Source of the DNA: an uncultured Actinomycetota bacterium
GTDB taxonomy: Bacteria; Actinomycetota; Actinomycetes; JAFAQI01
Assembly (NCBI GenBank): GCA_963770565.1
Contig: CAVYQE010000001.1
Coordinates: 512,001 to 576,000, forward strand
Length of the DNA stretch: 64,000 nucleotides
Direction: 5' to 3'
The first letter of the stretch is position 1. Each line of letters starts with the position of its first letter. Made by a program: the position numbers and the translations under genes. The notes below the pieces were generated by a model that saw only the letters and a list, made by a program, of their open reading frames with translations, ran no database searches and was not told the DNA's origin. Positions 19,818-29,157 of the stretch are shown here, piece after piece.

Positions 19818-20416
19818 CCCGTCGGCGGCTGCTCGTGGCCGCTCTGCTCGTGGCGGCCGCGGCCGCGTGTTCGTCCTCGCCGTCCTCTATATCGCCGGGA
19901 CCCGGCGGCGACCAGTCGTCGCTGACGAAGCTGATCGCTACTGCCGACCTCCAGCGCTGCCCGGCATCGTCGACGACCGTGGTCTCCGGTGGCCTGCCCA
20001 ACGTCACCTTGCCGTGCCTCGGCAACGGCCCGGCGGTGCACATGGCCGGACTGACCGGCACGCCTACCGTGGTGAACATCTGGGGTTCGTGGTGCCCGCC
20101 CTGCCAGGCCGAGATGACCTATCTGTCGCGCGCGGCCCGGGCCGATCAGGGTCGGGTGCGCTTCCTCGGCGTCGATACGGTCGACGAAGCCGACAGCGCG
20201 CTCGACTTCGACGCTCACGTCACCCCGCCGGTGCACTTCCCGTCGGTGTTCGACGCGGACCGTAAGGTGCTGCTCGGCGCGCATCTGCCTCCGTCGCCGC
20301 CGGTGACCTTGCTGATCTCGGCGGCCGGCAAGGTGGTGCACACCGAGCACGGCGCCTACACCAGCACCGCGCAGTTGCAGGCGCAGATCGCGACTTACCT
20401 GCACGTCTCGGCGTAG
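19814..20416 (+). CDS. TlpA-family thioredoxin-like lipoprotein
   Basis: Lipobox-like [15 protein letters not shown]. Confidence 0.88.
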   Translation: MTRRRLLVAALLVAAAAACSSSPSSISPGPGGDQSSLTKLIATADLQRCPASSTTVVSGGLPNVTLPCLGNGPAVHMAGLTGTPTVVNIWGSWCPPCQAEMTYLSRAARADQGRVRFLGVDTVDEADSALDFDAHVTPPVHFPSVFDADRKVLLGAHLPPSPPVTLLISAAGKVVHTEHGAYTSTAQLQAQIATYLHVSA

Positions 20417-20430
20417 CCCGCGCGCGTCCG

Positions 20431-21081
20431 ATGCAGCCTGATCCGACGAACCGGCCCGAGTGGCTGGCGCCATTGATCGACCGGCTGGAGTCGCCCGGCC
20501 GGGTCCCGTTCCTGGTCCCGCCGGCGGATCAGGTCGACGGCCTGCGGGCCGCGGCGGTTCTGGTGTTGTTTGGCGAGGGACCGCACGGCCCGGACGTGCT
20601 GCTGTTGCAGCGCAGCGCGGACATGCGCAGTCACCCCGGTCAGCCGGCCTTCCCCGGCGGGCGAATCGACCCGAGCGACGACGGCCCGGTCGGCGCGGCC
20701 TTGCGCGAGGCGGAGGAGGAGACCGGCCTCGACCCGACCGGCGTCGACGTGCTCGGGTCGTTGCCGGAGCTGTGGCTGCCGCCGAGCGGCAATGTGGTCA
20801 CGCCGGTGGTCGGCTGGTGGCGGACGCCGAGCGAGGTTGCGCCGGCCGATCCGGCCGAGGTCGAAACCGTTGCGCGGGTGCCGATCGCCGACCTCGTCGA
20901 TCCGGCGAACCGGCTCACCGTTCGGCACCCGCTCGGGCATACCTCACCGGCGTTTCGGGTCGCCAACATGCTGGTCTGGGGATTCACTGCAGGTGTGTTG
21001 AGTTGGCTGCTCGTGCTGGCGGGCTGGGAGCGCGAGTGGGACCGCAGCGTCGTCGAGCCGCTGCCGTCGGTTCTTGGCTGA
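20431..21081 (+). CDS. CoA pyrophosphatase-type NUDIX hydrolase
   Basis: HPGQPAFPGG...ALREAEEETGL, VWGFTAG. Confidence 0.92.
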   Translation: MQPDPTNRPEWLAPLIDRLESPGRVPFLVPPADQVDGLRAAAVLVLFGEGPHGPDVLLLQRSADMRSHPGQPAFPGGRIDPSDDGPVGAALREAEEETGLDPTGVDVLGSLPELWLPPSGNVVTPVVGWWRTPSEVAPADPAEVETVARVPIADLVDPANRLTVRHPLGHTSPAFRVANMLVWGFTAGVLSWLLVLAGWEREWDRSVVEPLPSVLG

Positions 21082-22271
21082 TGGACGGTCTCGACGTCGT
21101 ACTGATCGCGGTGTGCTTGGCGTTCGCATGGAGCGGCTACCGGCAGGGCTTCGTCGTCGGGTTCCTGTCCTTCGCCGGGTTCATCGGGGGCGGCGCCCTC
21201 GGCGCGAAGTACGCCGACACGCTGCACTCGCACGTCACCTTCGGCCTCGATGCGGCGCTGTTCGGTCTGCTGGTCGTCGTGATCGGCGCGATGGTCGGTC
21301 AGCTGCTCGCAACCTTGCTGGGCGCGGCGCTGCGGCGCGAGCTGACCTGGCGCCCGCTGCGGACGCTCGACTCGGTGGCAGGCGGGCTGATCAGCGTGGT
21401 GTCCGTCCTGCTCGTCGCCTGGCTGTTGGGTGCGGCGATCGCCAACGCCTCGTCCGGCGGTGTGTCGGCGCAGGTCCGAAACTCGAGCGTGCTGCAGGGT
21501 GTCGACAAGCTGATCCCGTCACAGGCGAGTACTTGGTTCGGGTCGTTCCGACGGCTGCTCGACCAGGACCTTGACCGCAACGGCTTTCCCGAGGTGTTCG
21601 GCGGGATCGGACCGTATTCGATCGTTCCGGTTTCGCCGCCGGACGCGAAACTGGCTCGTAGCCCGGCCGTCGTCGCAGCGAAACCCGACGTCGTGAAGAT
21701 CGAAGGCATCGCCTCGTCGTGCAGCCGCTCGCTCGAGGGCAGTGGTTTCATCTACTCAGCGGATCGGGTGATGACCAACGCGCACGTCGTCGCCGGCGTC
21801 TTGTCGCCGGAGGTCCTCACCACCGACGGCCGCCAACTGCGAGCCACCGTGGTGTTGTACGACCCGCACCGGGACGTCGCCGTGCTGTCCGTGCCGGGCC
21901 TCGGCGGCACACCGCTGCAGTTCGCCGGCCCACTCTCGCGCGGCCAGAGTGCGATCGTCCTCGGCTATCCCGAGAACGGCCCCTTCTCCGCAGAGCCGGC
22001 CCGGGTTCGCACGGTTCAGAACGCCCGTGGTCCGGACATCTACCAAAGCCGTGAGGTCACCCGGCAGATCTACTCGCTCTATTCAATCGTGCGGCCCGGC
22101 AACTCCGGCGGCCCGCTGCTCACGCCGGGTGGGCGGGTGGCCGGAGTGGTCTTCGCCGCCGCCGTGGACAACTCGCACACCGGGTACGCCCTCACTGCGC
22201 ACGAGGTCGCGCCGGACGCAGCAACCGGGGTGACGGCCACGAGCACCGTTTCGACGCAGGGTTGCGATTAG
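21081..22271 (+). CDS. marP: MarP-family membrane serine protease
   Basis: N-terminal CvpA-like TM segments, TNAHVVAG, GNSGGP. Confidence 0.92.
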   Translation: MDGLDVVLIAVCLAFAWSGYRQGFVVGFLSFAGFIGGGALGAKYADTLHSHVTFGLDAALFGLLVVVIGAMVGQLLATLLGAALRRELTWRPLRTLDSVAGGLISVVSVLLVAWLLGAAIANASSGGVSAQVRNSSVLQGVDKLIPSQASTWFGSFRRLLDQDLDRNGFPEVFGGIGPYSIVPVSPPDAKLARSPAVVAAKPDVVKIEGIASSCSRSLEGSGFIYSADRVMTNAHVVAGVLSPEVLTTDGRQLRATVVLYDPHRDVAVLSVPGLGGTPLQFAGPLSRGQSAIVLGYPENGPFSAEPARVRTVQNARGPDIYQSREVTRQIYSLYSIVRPGNSGGPLLTPGGRVAGVVFAAAVDNSHTGYALTAHEVAPDAATGVTATSTVSTQGCD

Positions 22272-22375
22272 GCCAATATTCCCAAGAAATCCGACGTTTT
22301 CCGGCGGGAACACCGTGGGTGCTTGCTATAGTTAGCACTAGTGAGGTGCCATCGCGGCGACCGAAGGAGGCGGAC

Positions 22376-22717
22376 ATGCCCCGCATCGAGGTGACGCGAC
22401 GCGTGGCCGCCGATCCGGCCGGTGTTGCCCTCTTGCTCGCCGAGCCGCAACCCTGGGTGGAGCCCGATCAATCCTGGGCGGTTGAGGCACCACAACGGGT
22501 CGCGGACGGCTTCGACGCAGTGATCCGGGTCAGCGATCCGATCGGCCGGCTGGCCATCGGCTCCGTGACGGTACGCCCGGCCATCGGCCCGGGTTGCTAC
22601 ATCCGGCTCGAGATCGAGACCCAGAGCCGGGTCGTGGCCCGCCTCTTGAAGCAATCCGCGGCGAGTTTTCTCGACACGCTGTCGGAGCGGGCGCAAGCCC
22701 GCTCGTTCGCGGCCTAG
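22376..22717 (+). CDS. Hypothetical protein (possible SRPBCC-like fold)
   Basis: Strong RBS GAAGGAGG before the ATG; MPRIEVTRRVAADP start. Confidence 0.6.
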   Translation: MPRIEVTRRVAADPAGVALLLAEPQPWVEPDQSWAVEAPQRVADGFDAVIRVSDPIGRLAIGSVTVRPAIGPGCYIRLEIETQSRVVARLLKQSAASFLDTLSERAQARSFAA

Positions 22718-22732
22718 TCTCCCGCCGTCAGC

Positions 22733-22786
22733 CCCATGCATGGCCCATGCGTGGCGCTATAGCCCCACCGATGGGCCATGCGTGGG
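22733..22786. repeat. REP-like palindromic repeat, copy B
   Basis: Imperfect 54-bp palindrome centred on gctatagc, between convergent stop codons. Confidence 0.85.
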
Positions 22787-23260
22787 CTACTGGCCCGGCG
22801 TTCGGGTCAGTCGCGGCGGCCGGCTCGTCATCGACAGGTCGGCGCAGGCTGCATCGGCCCACCTCCGGACCCCGTCGACGTCGACCCGGTCCGTGGTCGT
22901 GCCCGCGAAGGCGGTCAGGCTGTCGCTTCCCCGCCGCAAGAGGGTGCGCGCTCCGGGCTCGTTGCCGCGCAAGGCATGGGTGATCCCCACCGCGATCTGA
23001 GCGAGGCCACGCCACAGCTCGCGGTCCGCGCCGCTGGCCTGCTTCCATACCGCCTCGAAGACCTCGTGCGCGGCGAAGGGCCGACCGGCATCGAGCAGTT
23101 CTTGGGCGTGTAGGAGCGCCACGGGTTTCGGCAGCGGGCCAGGTTCCTCGACCACCATGCCGGTGTCGTCGCGATCGAGCGGTCGGCCAAGTTCGTCGCG
23201 CGGCCGGGCGTTCTTCGGCCGGCCGCTCTGGTCGCGGTCCCGGTCGAGTTCACCAGGCAA
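22787..23260 (-). CDS. DUF309 domain protein
   Basis: RPRDELGRPL, PFAAHEVFEAVWK, WRGLAQIAVG. Confidence 0.85.
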   Translation of the reverse strand: MPGELDRDRDQSGRPKNARPRDELGRPLDRDDTGMVVEEPGPLPKPVALLHAQELLDAGRPFAAHEVFEAVWKQASGADRELWRGLAQIAVGITHALRGNEPGARTLLRRGSDSLTAFAGTTTDRVDVDGVRRWADAACADLSMTSRPPRLTRTPGQ

Positions 23261-23266
23261 CCGGAC

Positions 23267-24184
23267 TCAGCCCTTGGACCATCGCAGCAACTCCCCGGTC
23301 ACGAGTTCGGGTGACTCTTCGTGCGGGAAGTGGCCGACGCCGTCGAGCAGTCGCCACTCGTAGTCGGCGGCGACGTACTGTCCTGACCCCTGCGCGGTCT
23401 GCGGCAAGACGCAGCGATCGACGGCGCCATGTAATTGCAGCGTCGGGACCCCGATCGGCGCGGTCATTGCCCGGCGATAGCGCCGCCCGTCGGTGCGGGT
23501 GGTCGACCGGGCCGACCAGCGGAAGTACTCGAGCGACCGGTTGGGCGTGTAGAGGATCTGCATTCCGTCGCGGCAGCGTCGCTCGGTTTCCGGATCGGGG
23601 AATCCCGGTCCGCCCCATTCGTGCAGCAGGGCCGCGACGTTGGCAGCGTCGTCCTCGACCAGCCAGCGCTCCGGCCGCCATGGCAGCTGGAACCGCAAGG
23701 CCGGGCGGCTCGCAACCCGTTGCTTAGCGTCGTGGCGGAACGCCGGCACCCACCGGAGCGGATGCGGGCTCGACAGCACGACCAGCCGGCGAACCACGGC
23801 CGGGTGCAGGACCGCGAGCGACCACGCGAGATGGCCGCCCCAGTCATGCCCGACGACGATCGCGTCGCGCTCGCCAAGAGCGCGCACCATCCCGGCCACG
23901 TCCGAGGTGAGGGTCGGGGCGTCGTACCCGCGTGGTGGTTTGTCGCTCGCGCCGTAGCCGCGAAGGTCAGGCGCGACCGCGCGATATCCCGCGTCGGCAA
24001 GTGCGGTCAGCTGATGGCGCCACGACCACCAGAACTCGGGGAAGCCGTGCAGCAGGAGGACGAGGGGTCCTGCGCCGGCCTCCGCGATGTGCAGGCGGAC
24101 GCCGTTGGCGGTGATGTGCCGATGAGTCCACGGCCCGTCGATCATGACCGCGGATTCCTCGATCAGTCGCCGTTCGTGCGGCAT
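23267..24184 (-). CDS. Alpha/beta hydrolase (epoxide hydrolase-like, EphE)
   Basis: HGFPEFWWSWRHQ, GHDWGG, GHFPHEE. Confidence 0.92.
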   Translation of the reverse strand: MPHERRLIEESAVMIDGPWTHRHITANGVRLHIAEAGAGPLVLLLHGFPEFWWSWRHQLTALADAGYRAVAPDLRGYGASDKPPRGYDAPTLTSDVAGMVRALGERDAIVVGHDWGGHLAWSLAVLHPAVVRRLVVLSSPHPLRWVPAFRHDAKQRVASRPALRFQLPWRPERWLVEDDAANVAALLHEWGGPGFPDPETERRCRDGMQILYTPNRSLEYFRWSARSTTRTDGRRYRRAMTAPIGVPTLQLHGAVDRCVLPQTAQGSGQYVAADYEWRLLDGVGHFPHEESPELVTGELLRWSKG

Positions 24185-24215
24185 CGCTGCAGCGTCGCAC
24201 GTCGGCCCGGCCGCG

Positions 24216-24659
24216 TCACTCCGCGGAGGGGGTCTTCGTGCGTCGCGGGTGCCTGGCCCAGGCCAGGTTGGTCTTCACGGTGCTCGTCGTGCGGGCCGGA
24301 CCGCTCAACCCCTTCACCCGGAAGACGCCGAGCCCGCCGAGGATCGCGGCCAGGAAGGCATAGACCCCTGCCATGCACAGGAAGCCTGCCCACACCCCGA
24401 TGTCGAGGCCGGTAGAGAAACCGAACCCGCCGGCGAACGATGCCAGCACCAAGGCGAACAACCCCAGGATGCCGGCCCCGCTCAGCAGGCCGGCACCGAT
24501 CCCGACCCGGGTCGCCTGCGCCGCAAGCTCGGTCTTGGCGAGCTCGACCTCCTGGTGGATCAGCAGCGACATGTCGCGGCTCGCGGTGGCGAACAGCTCC
24601 CCGAGCGACTGCTCGTCGACCGGGGTGCCGTTGCCGCCGTACGTTCGGGTTGACGCCAT
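24216..24659 (-). CDS. YqjE-like 'phage holin family' membrane protein (Rv3669-like)
   Basis: SLGELFATASRDMSLLIHQEVELAKTEL plus two TM helices; core synteny. Confidence 0.85.
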   Translation of the reverse strand: MASTRTYGGNGTPVDEQSLGELFATASRDMSLLIHQEVELAKTELAAQATRVGIGAGLLSGAGILGLFALVLASFAGGFGFSTGLDIGVWAGFLCMAGVYAFLAAILGGLGVFRVKGLSGPARTTSTVKTNLAWARHPRRTKTPSAE

Positions 24660-24721
24660 GTCGCCTCCAGAGGTGGTGCGTCGCGTTGCCTCAGTTGTAC
24701 CCGGGCCGGGTGAGCGGGTGG

Positions 24722-25522
24722 CTAGCCGGCCCGGCGGCCGTAGACCCGCACCGCACGCCAGCTGGCGGCCGCGGCGACGACCGCGGCTCCGGCCATGCCG
24801 ACCGCGACCGATCGGCTCGGCGCCGGCAGCTTCGGGAAGCGGGCGCGCAGTGGGACCGGGTGGTCGAACTCGAGCACCGGCCACTCCCGCGCCGCGGCCT
24901 CGCGCCGCAACGCGCGGTCCGGGTTGACCGCAAACGGGTGGCCGACCACCTCGAGCATCGGTACGTCGGTGAACGAGTCGGTGTAGGCGAAGCTCTCGGC
25001 CAGGCTCCAGTCGTACTGCTTGGCCAGGTCGTTCATCGCGTCGGCCTTGAACGGGCCGAAGGCGTAGAAGTCGACCTCGCCGGTGTAGCGGCCCTCGTCG
25101 ACGACCATTCGGCTCGCGACCACGTGGTCGGCGCCGAGCATCGCGCCGATCGGGGCAACGACCTCCTCGCCGCTGCTCGACACGATGACCACCGCGCGTC
25201 CGGCGGCCCGGTGCTCCTCGATCAGCGCGGCCGCCTCGTCGTAGACCAGCGGGTCGATCAGCTCGTAAAGCGCCTCCGCGATCACCGTACGGACCTGCTC
25301 GGCATCCCACCCGGTGACGGTCTTCGCCATGCCGTCGCGCAGCCGATCCATCCGGTCGGCGTCCACCCCACCGAGGTGGTAGACGAACCGGGCGTAGGCC
25401 CCCTTGACCACGTCCTTACGCGAGATCAGGCCGGCGTTATAGAAGGCCCGGCCGAGCGCGAGAGTGCTCGACGTCGCGATGATCGTCTTGTCGAGGTCGA
25501 AAAAGGCCGCGGATCCGGACAT
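24722..25522 (-). CDS. HAD-IB family hydrolase (Rv3661-like)
   Basis: AAFFDLDKTII, AYTDSFTDVPML, AVNPD. Confidence 0.93.
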   Translation of the reverse strand: MSGSAAFFDLDKTIIATSSTLALGRAFYNAGLISRKDVVKGAYARFVYHLGGVDADRMDRLRDGMAKTVTGWDAEQVRTVIAEALYELIDPLVYDEAAALIEEHRAAGRAVVIVSSSGEEVVAPIGAMLGADHVVASRMVVDEGRYTGEVDFYAFGPFKADAMNDLAKQYDWSLAESFAYTDSFTDVPMLEVVGHPFAVNPDRALRREAAAREWPVLEFDHPVPLRARFPKLPAPSRSVAVGMAGAAVVAAAASWRAVRVYGRRAG

Positions 25523-25646
25523 GCGTCACAGACTAGGCGCCGCCCACGACCGGCGATCGATGCGCACAAAAGGTTTGAGCTCCCAGGTTTGACCGCGGTC
25601 GACCGGGGAATCACGGCTGATGTCATCGATGATGACCAGAGGAGCT

Positions 25647-25720
25647 GGTCCGACTCAACCCCCCCGGGTCGGGCCTTGCGACGGCCCCCGCTATCCCCCC
25701 CAGCGGGGGCCGTCCCTTCC
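25647..25720 (+). ncRNA. 6C RNA (mycobacterial B11-like)
   Basis: Two hairpins with C-run loops: ggtccgactc-aaccccccc-gggtcgggcc and gacggcccccgct-atccccccc-agcgggggccgtc; canonical position between the HAD gene and ssd. Confidence 0.88.
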
Positions 25721-25793
25721 CTGAGGGCGCGTTGTGGGGCTCAGCTGGCCGCTGGCTGCGTTCTCGTCGCCTCCGATAGGTGACTATCGGAGG

Positions 25794-25989
25794 CTCCTCG
25801 GCCTTGCCAGCGCCCACCTGACCTCCCACACCGCGCCCCCAGCTCCTTCGTGGTTCGTGTCCTCCTCGGCCTTGCCGGCGCCCACCTGACCTCCCACACC
25901 GCGCCCCCAGCTCCTTCGTGGTTCGTGTCCTCCTCGGCCTTGCCGGCGCCCACCTGACCTCCCACACCGCGCCCCCAGTTCCGTCGTGG
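25794..25989. repeat. 68-bp tandem repeat, about 2.9 copies
   Basis: Units start at 25794, 25862 and 25930, nearly identical; preceded by hairpin gcctccgatag-gtga-ctatcggaggc (25769-25794). Confidence 0.9.
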
Positions 25990-26138
25990 GCGGCCCCCTG
26001 AGGTTTCTCGCTGCCGATCGCTGATCGGACCCCTGTTTCAGCGCTTTTGGTTTGTCCCCAGGTGGTCGGTTGGCGCGGGGAATCCACAGGGTGGACGGGT
26101 TGGTCGGCTAGGCGGACGTCGTACGCGAAAGTCGTGGG

Positions 26139-27206
26139 ATGTCCACTCCTCGACGGGTTGTTGTGCTGAGCACGAGCGAGGCGCTGGTGGCGACCGTGGT
26201 GCGGCTCGGTGCGCTTGCCGGGGCCGAGGTCGAAACGGTGCGGAGCAGCGCCGGGGCGCGCGCGGGCTGGCGGTCCGCGCACCTCGTGGTGGTGGGATCC
26301 GACCTGCTGGTGGTCTTGGCGTCAGCGCAGCTGCCGCGTCGAGCGGAGGTGGTGGTCGCCACCGGTCAGGCGCTTGACGAAGCGTCGTGGCGGGCCGCGA
26401 TTGACCTTGGTGCGCGTTGTGTCGTGTCGTTGCCGGCCGAGGAGCACACCCTGATGGAGCTCATCGGCGCCGCCGTTGATGAGGATCAGGGCCTTGGTAC
26501 GACGATCGCCGTGGTCGGTGGCTGCGGCGGCGCCGGGGCATCGACCTTGGCCGCAGCGCTTGGTGTCACGGCCGCTCGGGTCGGCTCGGCGGTGTTGATC
26601 GACGGCGACCCCTACGGCGGCGGCCTTGATGTGCTGCTCGGTGCCGAGCAACAGCCAGGGGCTCGCTGGCCGGATCTGGCCGCCACCCGCGGTCGGCTGC
26701 GCAGCGCCGCGCTCGTTGGCACGCTGGTCGCGCTCGACGGGCTGGCGCTGCTCTCGTGCGACCGTTCCGGGTCGGTCGAGTTGCCGGACGCCGCGGCCGC
26801 GGCCGTGATCGACGCGGCCAGGCGCGGGTTTCGCTGGGTGGTCGTCGACCTGCCGCGACGGTTCGACCAGGCGGCGGGCGTACTCGCGGGTGCCGCCGAC
26901 TTGGTGGTGCTGGTGGTGCCGGCCACCGTTCGGGCGGTGGCGGCGTCGTCGCTGGTCGTCGCACAGACTCAGGCCGTCTGTGGCGAGATCCGAGTCGTGG
27001 TTCGCCTCGGCGGATCCGGCCAGCTGTCGGTCGCCGAGATCGCCGGCGCATTGCGGCTCCCCGTGCTCGCTGCGGTCCAGAGCGAGACCGCGGTCACCGC
27101 GGCCGCTGAGCGCGGCGAGCCACCGTTGCGCCGGCCGAAAGGCTCGTTGCACGACGCGTGTGGGGCCGTCCTCGCCGCGGTGAACGAAGGGGGCGTTGCC
27201 GCCTGA
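26139..27206 (+). CDS. ssd: Septum site-determining Ssd / CpaE-like protein
   Basis: VVGGCGGAGASTLAAAL, IDGDPYGGGLDVLLG; first gene of the tad cluster. Confidence 0.9.
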   Translation: MSTPRRVVVLSTSEALVATVVRLGALAGAEVETVRSSAGARAGWRSAHLVVVGSDLLVVLASAQLPRRAEVVVATGQALDEASWRAAIDLGARCVVSLPAEEHTLMELIGAAVDEDQGLGTTIAVVGGCGGAGASTLAAALGVTAARVGSAVLIDGDPYGGGLDVLLGAEQQPGARWPDLAATRGRLRSAALVGTLVALDGLALLSCDRSGSVELPDAAAAAVIDAARRGFRWVVVDLPRRFDQAAGVLAGAADLVVLVVPATVRAVAASSLVVAQTQAVCGEIRVVVRLGGSGQLSVAEIAGALRLPVLAAVQSETAVTAAAERGEPPLRRPKGSLHDACGAVLAAVNEGGVAA

Positions 27207-28354
27207 GCACAGATGACGCGCTGGTCGATCGGGTGCGCCGCCGGATGCTCAGCGCGCCGGGCGGAGTCGACGGCGGCGCCCTAGGTTCCGCGCTCCGCGA
27301 TGAGGCGCCGATGGCGGGTGCGACCACGCTGCTCGAGGTCGCCGGCACCGTGCTGGCGGACATCGGTGGCGCAGGGGTGCTCGAACCGCTGCTCCGGGAG
27401 CCGCTGGTCACCGACGTTCTCGTGAACGGCCCGGGACCGGTGTGGGTCGACCGTGGACACGGTCCGCAGCCGAGTCCGATCCGGATCCCGGACGAAGTGG
27501 CCGCCCGGCGGCTCGCCGTTCGCCTGGTCTCGGCGGGCGGCCGCCGGCTCGACGACGCCTCGCCGTACGCCGACGCCCGGCTGCCGGACGGCACCCGGGT
27601 CCACGCGGTGCTGCCGCCGCTGTCCGCGCAGGGGACCTGCATCTGCCTTCGAGTGCCACCCCGGCGGACCTTCACGCTCGCCGACCTGATCACCGCGGGC
27701 TCGCTGCCGGCGGCCGGCGCCGATCTGCTCCGGCGGCTGGTTGCGACCCGAGCCGCGATCCTGCTGACCGGCGGGACCGGAAGCGGCAAGACCACCGTTC
27801 TCTCGACCCTGCTGTCGAACGTCGAGCCGGCCGAGCGGCTGGTCCTCGTCGAAGATGCTGCCGAGCTGCGTCCCGACCACCCGCACGTCGTCCGGCTCGA
27901 GGCGCGCGCGCCGAACGCCGAGGGGGCCGGCGGCGTCTCGCTCGATGTCCTCGTCCGCCAGGCACTGCGGATGCGCCCGGATCGCCTGGTGGTCGGCGAG
28001 GTGCGCGGCGACGAGGTGCTCGACCTGTTGGCCGCGCTCAACACCGGGCACGAAGGCGGCTGCGGCACCGTCCATGCCAATCGCGCGGAGCACGTGCCGG
28101 CCCGGATCGAGTCGCTGTGCGGGCGGGCCGGTGTGCCGAGAGCCGCGGCGCACAGCCTGCTGCTGGCCGCCGTCGATGCGATCGTTCACCTGGTCCGCGG
28201 CGGTGACGGCCGGCGCCGGATCGCGGGCGTTGCGGTGCTCGCGACGGATCCCAGCGGACATGCGGTCGTCCTTCCGGCATACCGATTCGGTGCCGAGATC
28301 CTCATCCGCGGGCCAGGCGCTGACGCACTGGACCGCCGACTGGCTAACGCATGA
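27203..28354 (+). CDS. tadA: TadA/CpaF pilus assembly ATPase
   Basis: GGTGSGKTT, ALRMRPDRLVVGEVRG, NTGHEG; start uncertain. Confidence 0.93.
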   Translation: MSTDDALVDRVRRRMLSAPGGVDGGALGSALRDEAPMAGATTLLEVAGTVLADIGGAGVLEPLLREPLVTDVLVNGPGPVWVDRGHGPQPSPIRIPDEVAARRLAVRLVSAGGRRLDDASPYADARLPDGTRVHAVLPPLSAQGTCICLRVPPRRTFTLADLITAGSLPAAGADLLRRLVATRAAILLTGGTGSGKTTVLSTLLSNVEPAERLVLVEDAAELRPDHPHVVRLEARAPNAEGAGGVSLDVLVRQALRMRPDRLVVGEVRGDEVLDLLAALNTGHEGGCGTVHANRAEHVPARIESLCGRAGVPRAAAHSLLLAAVDAIVHLVRGGDGRRRIAGVAVLATDPSGHAVVLPAYRFGAEILIRGPGADALDRRLANA

Positions 28355-29157
28355 CCGCGATCTGGCTGTGCGGGCTGTCGGTTGCGGCCCTGATCACCAT
28401 GTCTGCCCGACATCCGCCTGGCGGCCGGCTGGCCTGGTTGCGCGAACCGCCGCCTGATGGTGCCCGGCCGACGGCAACTGCCCTCGCTGCGGCGGTCGTC
28501 GCGATCGGTGGGCTGCTGATGGCGATGCAGGTGTCCCTCGCCCTCGTTGTCGTGATTGTCGCCGCAGTGGTTGTGGTGGACCGGTTACGACGGACCCGGC
28601 GACTGACCAAGGCGGCCGAGGATCGGCGCGCGGCCACGGTCGAAGTCACGTTCGCGCTGGCCGGCGAGCTGCGAGCCGGCCGGACCACCGCCGAGGCGCT
28701 GGCCGCCGTTGCCGGCGGCGCCGGTCCGCTCGAGCCGGGGTTCGCGGCCGCGGCGCGCGCGGTCCAGGCCGGAGGCGACGCATTCGAAGAGCTCGGGCGG
28801 CTGGCCGAGCTCCCCGGGGCCGAGCGACTTCGCTCGGTGGTTGCGGCCTGGTCGGTCGCTGCCGCGGCGGGCGGTCGAGTCGCGGTCGTCCTCGAGCGAC
28901 TCAGCGATGCAATGGACAGCGAGGACGAACTGCGACGGGAGCTCGACGCCGCGCTCGCGGGACCGCGGGCGACCATGGCGCTGCTCGCGATGCTGCCGGT
29001 GCTCGGGCTCGGCCTCGGGCAGGCAGTCGGTGCGCGCCCTTTGCAACTGCTGCTTCATCGTCCGCTCGGTTGGCTGCTGCTCGGCGGCGCGACGATCCTC
29101 GATGTCGGGGGCGTGGTGGCCACCAAGGCGATCGCGCGAACTGCGTTGCGGACGTGA
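28351..29157 (+). CDS. tadB: TadB-like (type II secretion F domain) membrane protein
   Basis: LAGELRAGR, LAGPRAT...LAMLP; position after tadA. Confidence 0.8.
   Translation: MTAIWLCGLSVAALITMSARHPPGGRLAWLREPPPDGARPTATALAAAVVAIGGLLMAMQVSLALVVVIVAAVVVVDRLRRTRRLTKAAEDRRAATVEVTFALAGELRAGRTTAEALAAVAGGAGPLEPGFAAAARAVQAGGDAFEELGRLAELPGAERLRSVVAAWSVAAAAGGRVAVVLERLSDAMDSEDELRRELDAALAGPRATMALLAMLPVLGLGLGQAVGARPLQLLLHRPLGWLLLGGATILDVGGVVATKAIARTALRT

Noticed and set aside
24216-24659. Prophage holin
   Set aside because: Conserved chromosomal YqjE/Rv3669-like gene in core synteny
25794-25989. CRISPR array or coding repeat
   Set aside because: Whole 68-bp units are near-identical (no variable spacer) and the period is not a multiple of 3; overlapping ORFs 25623-26282 and 25741-25965 look spurious
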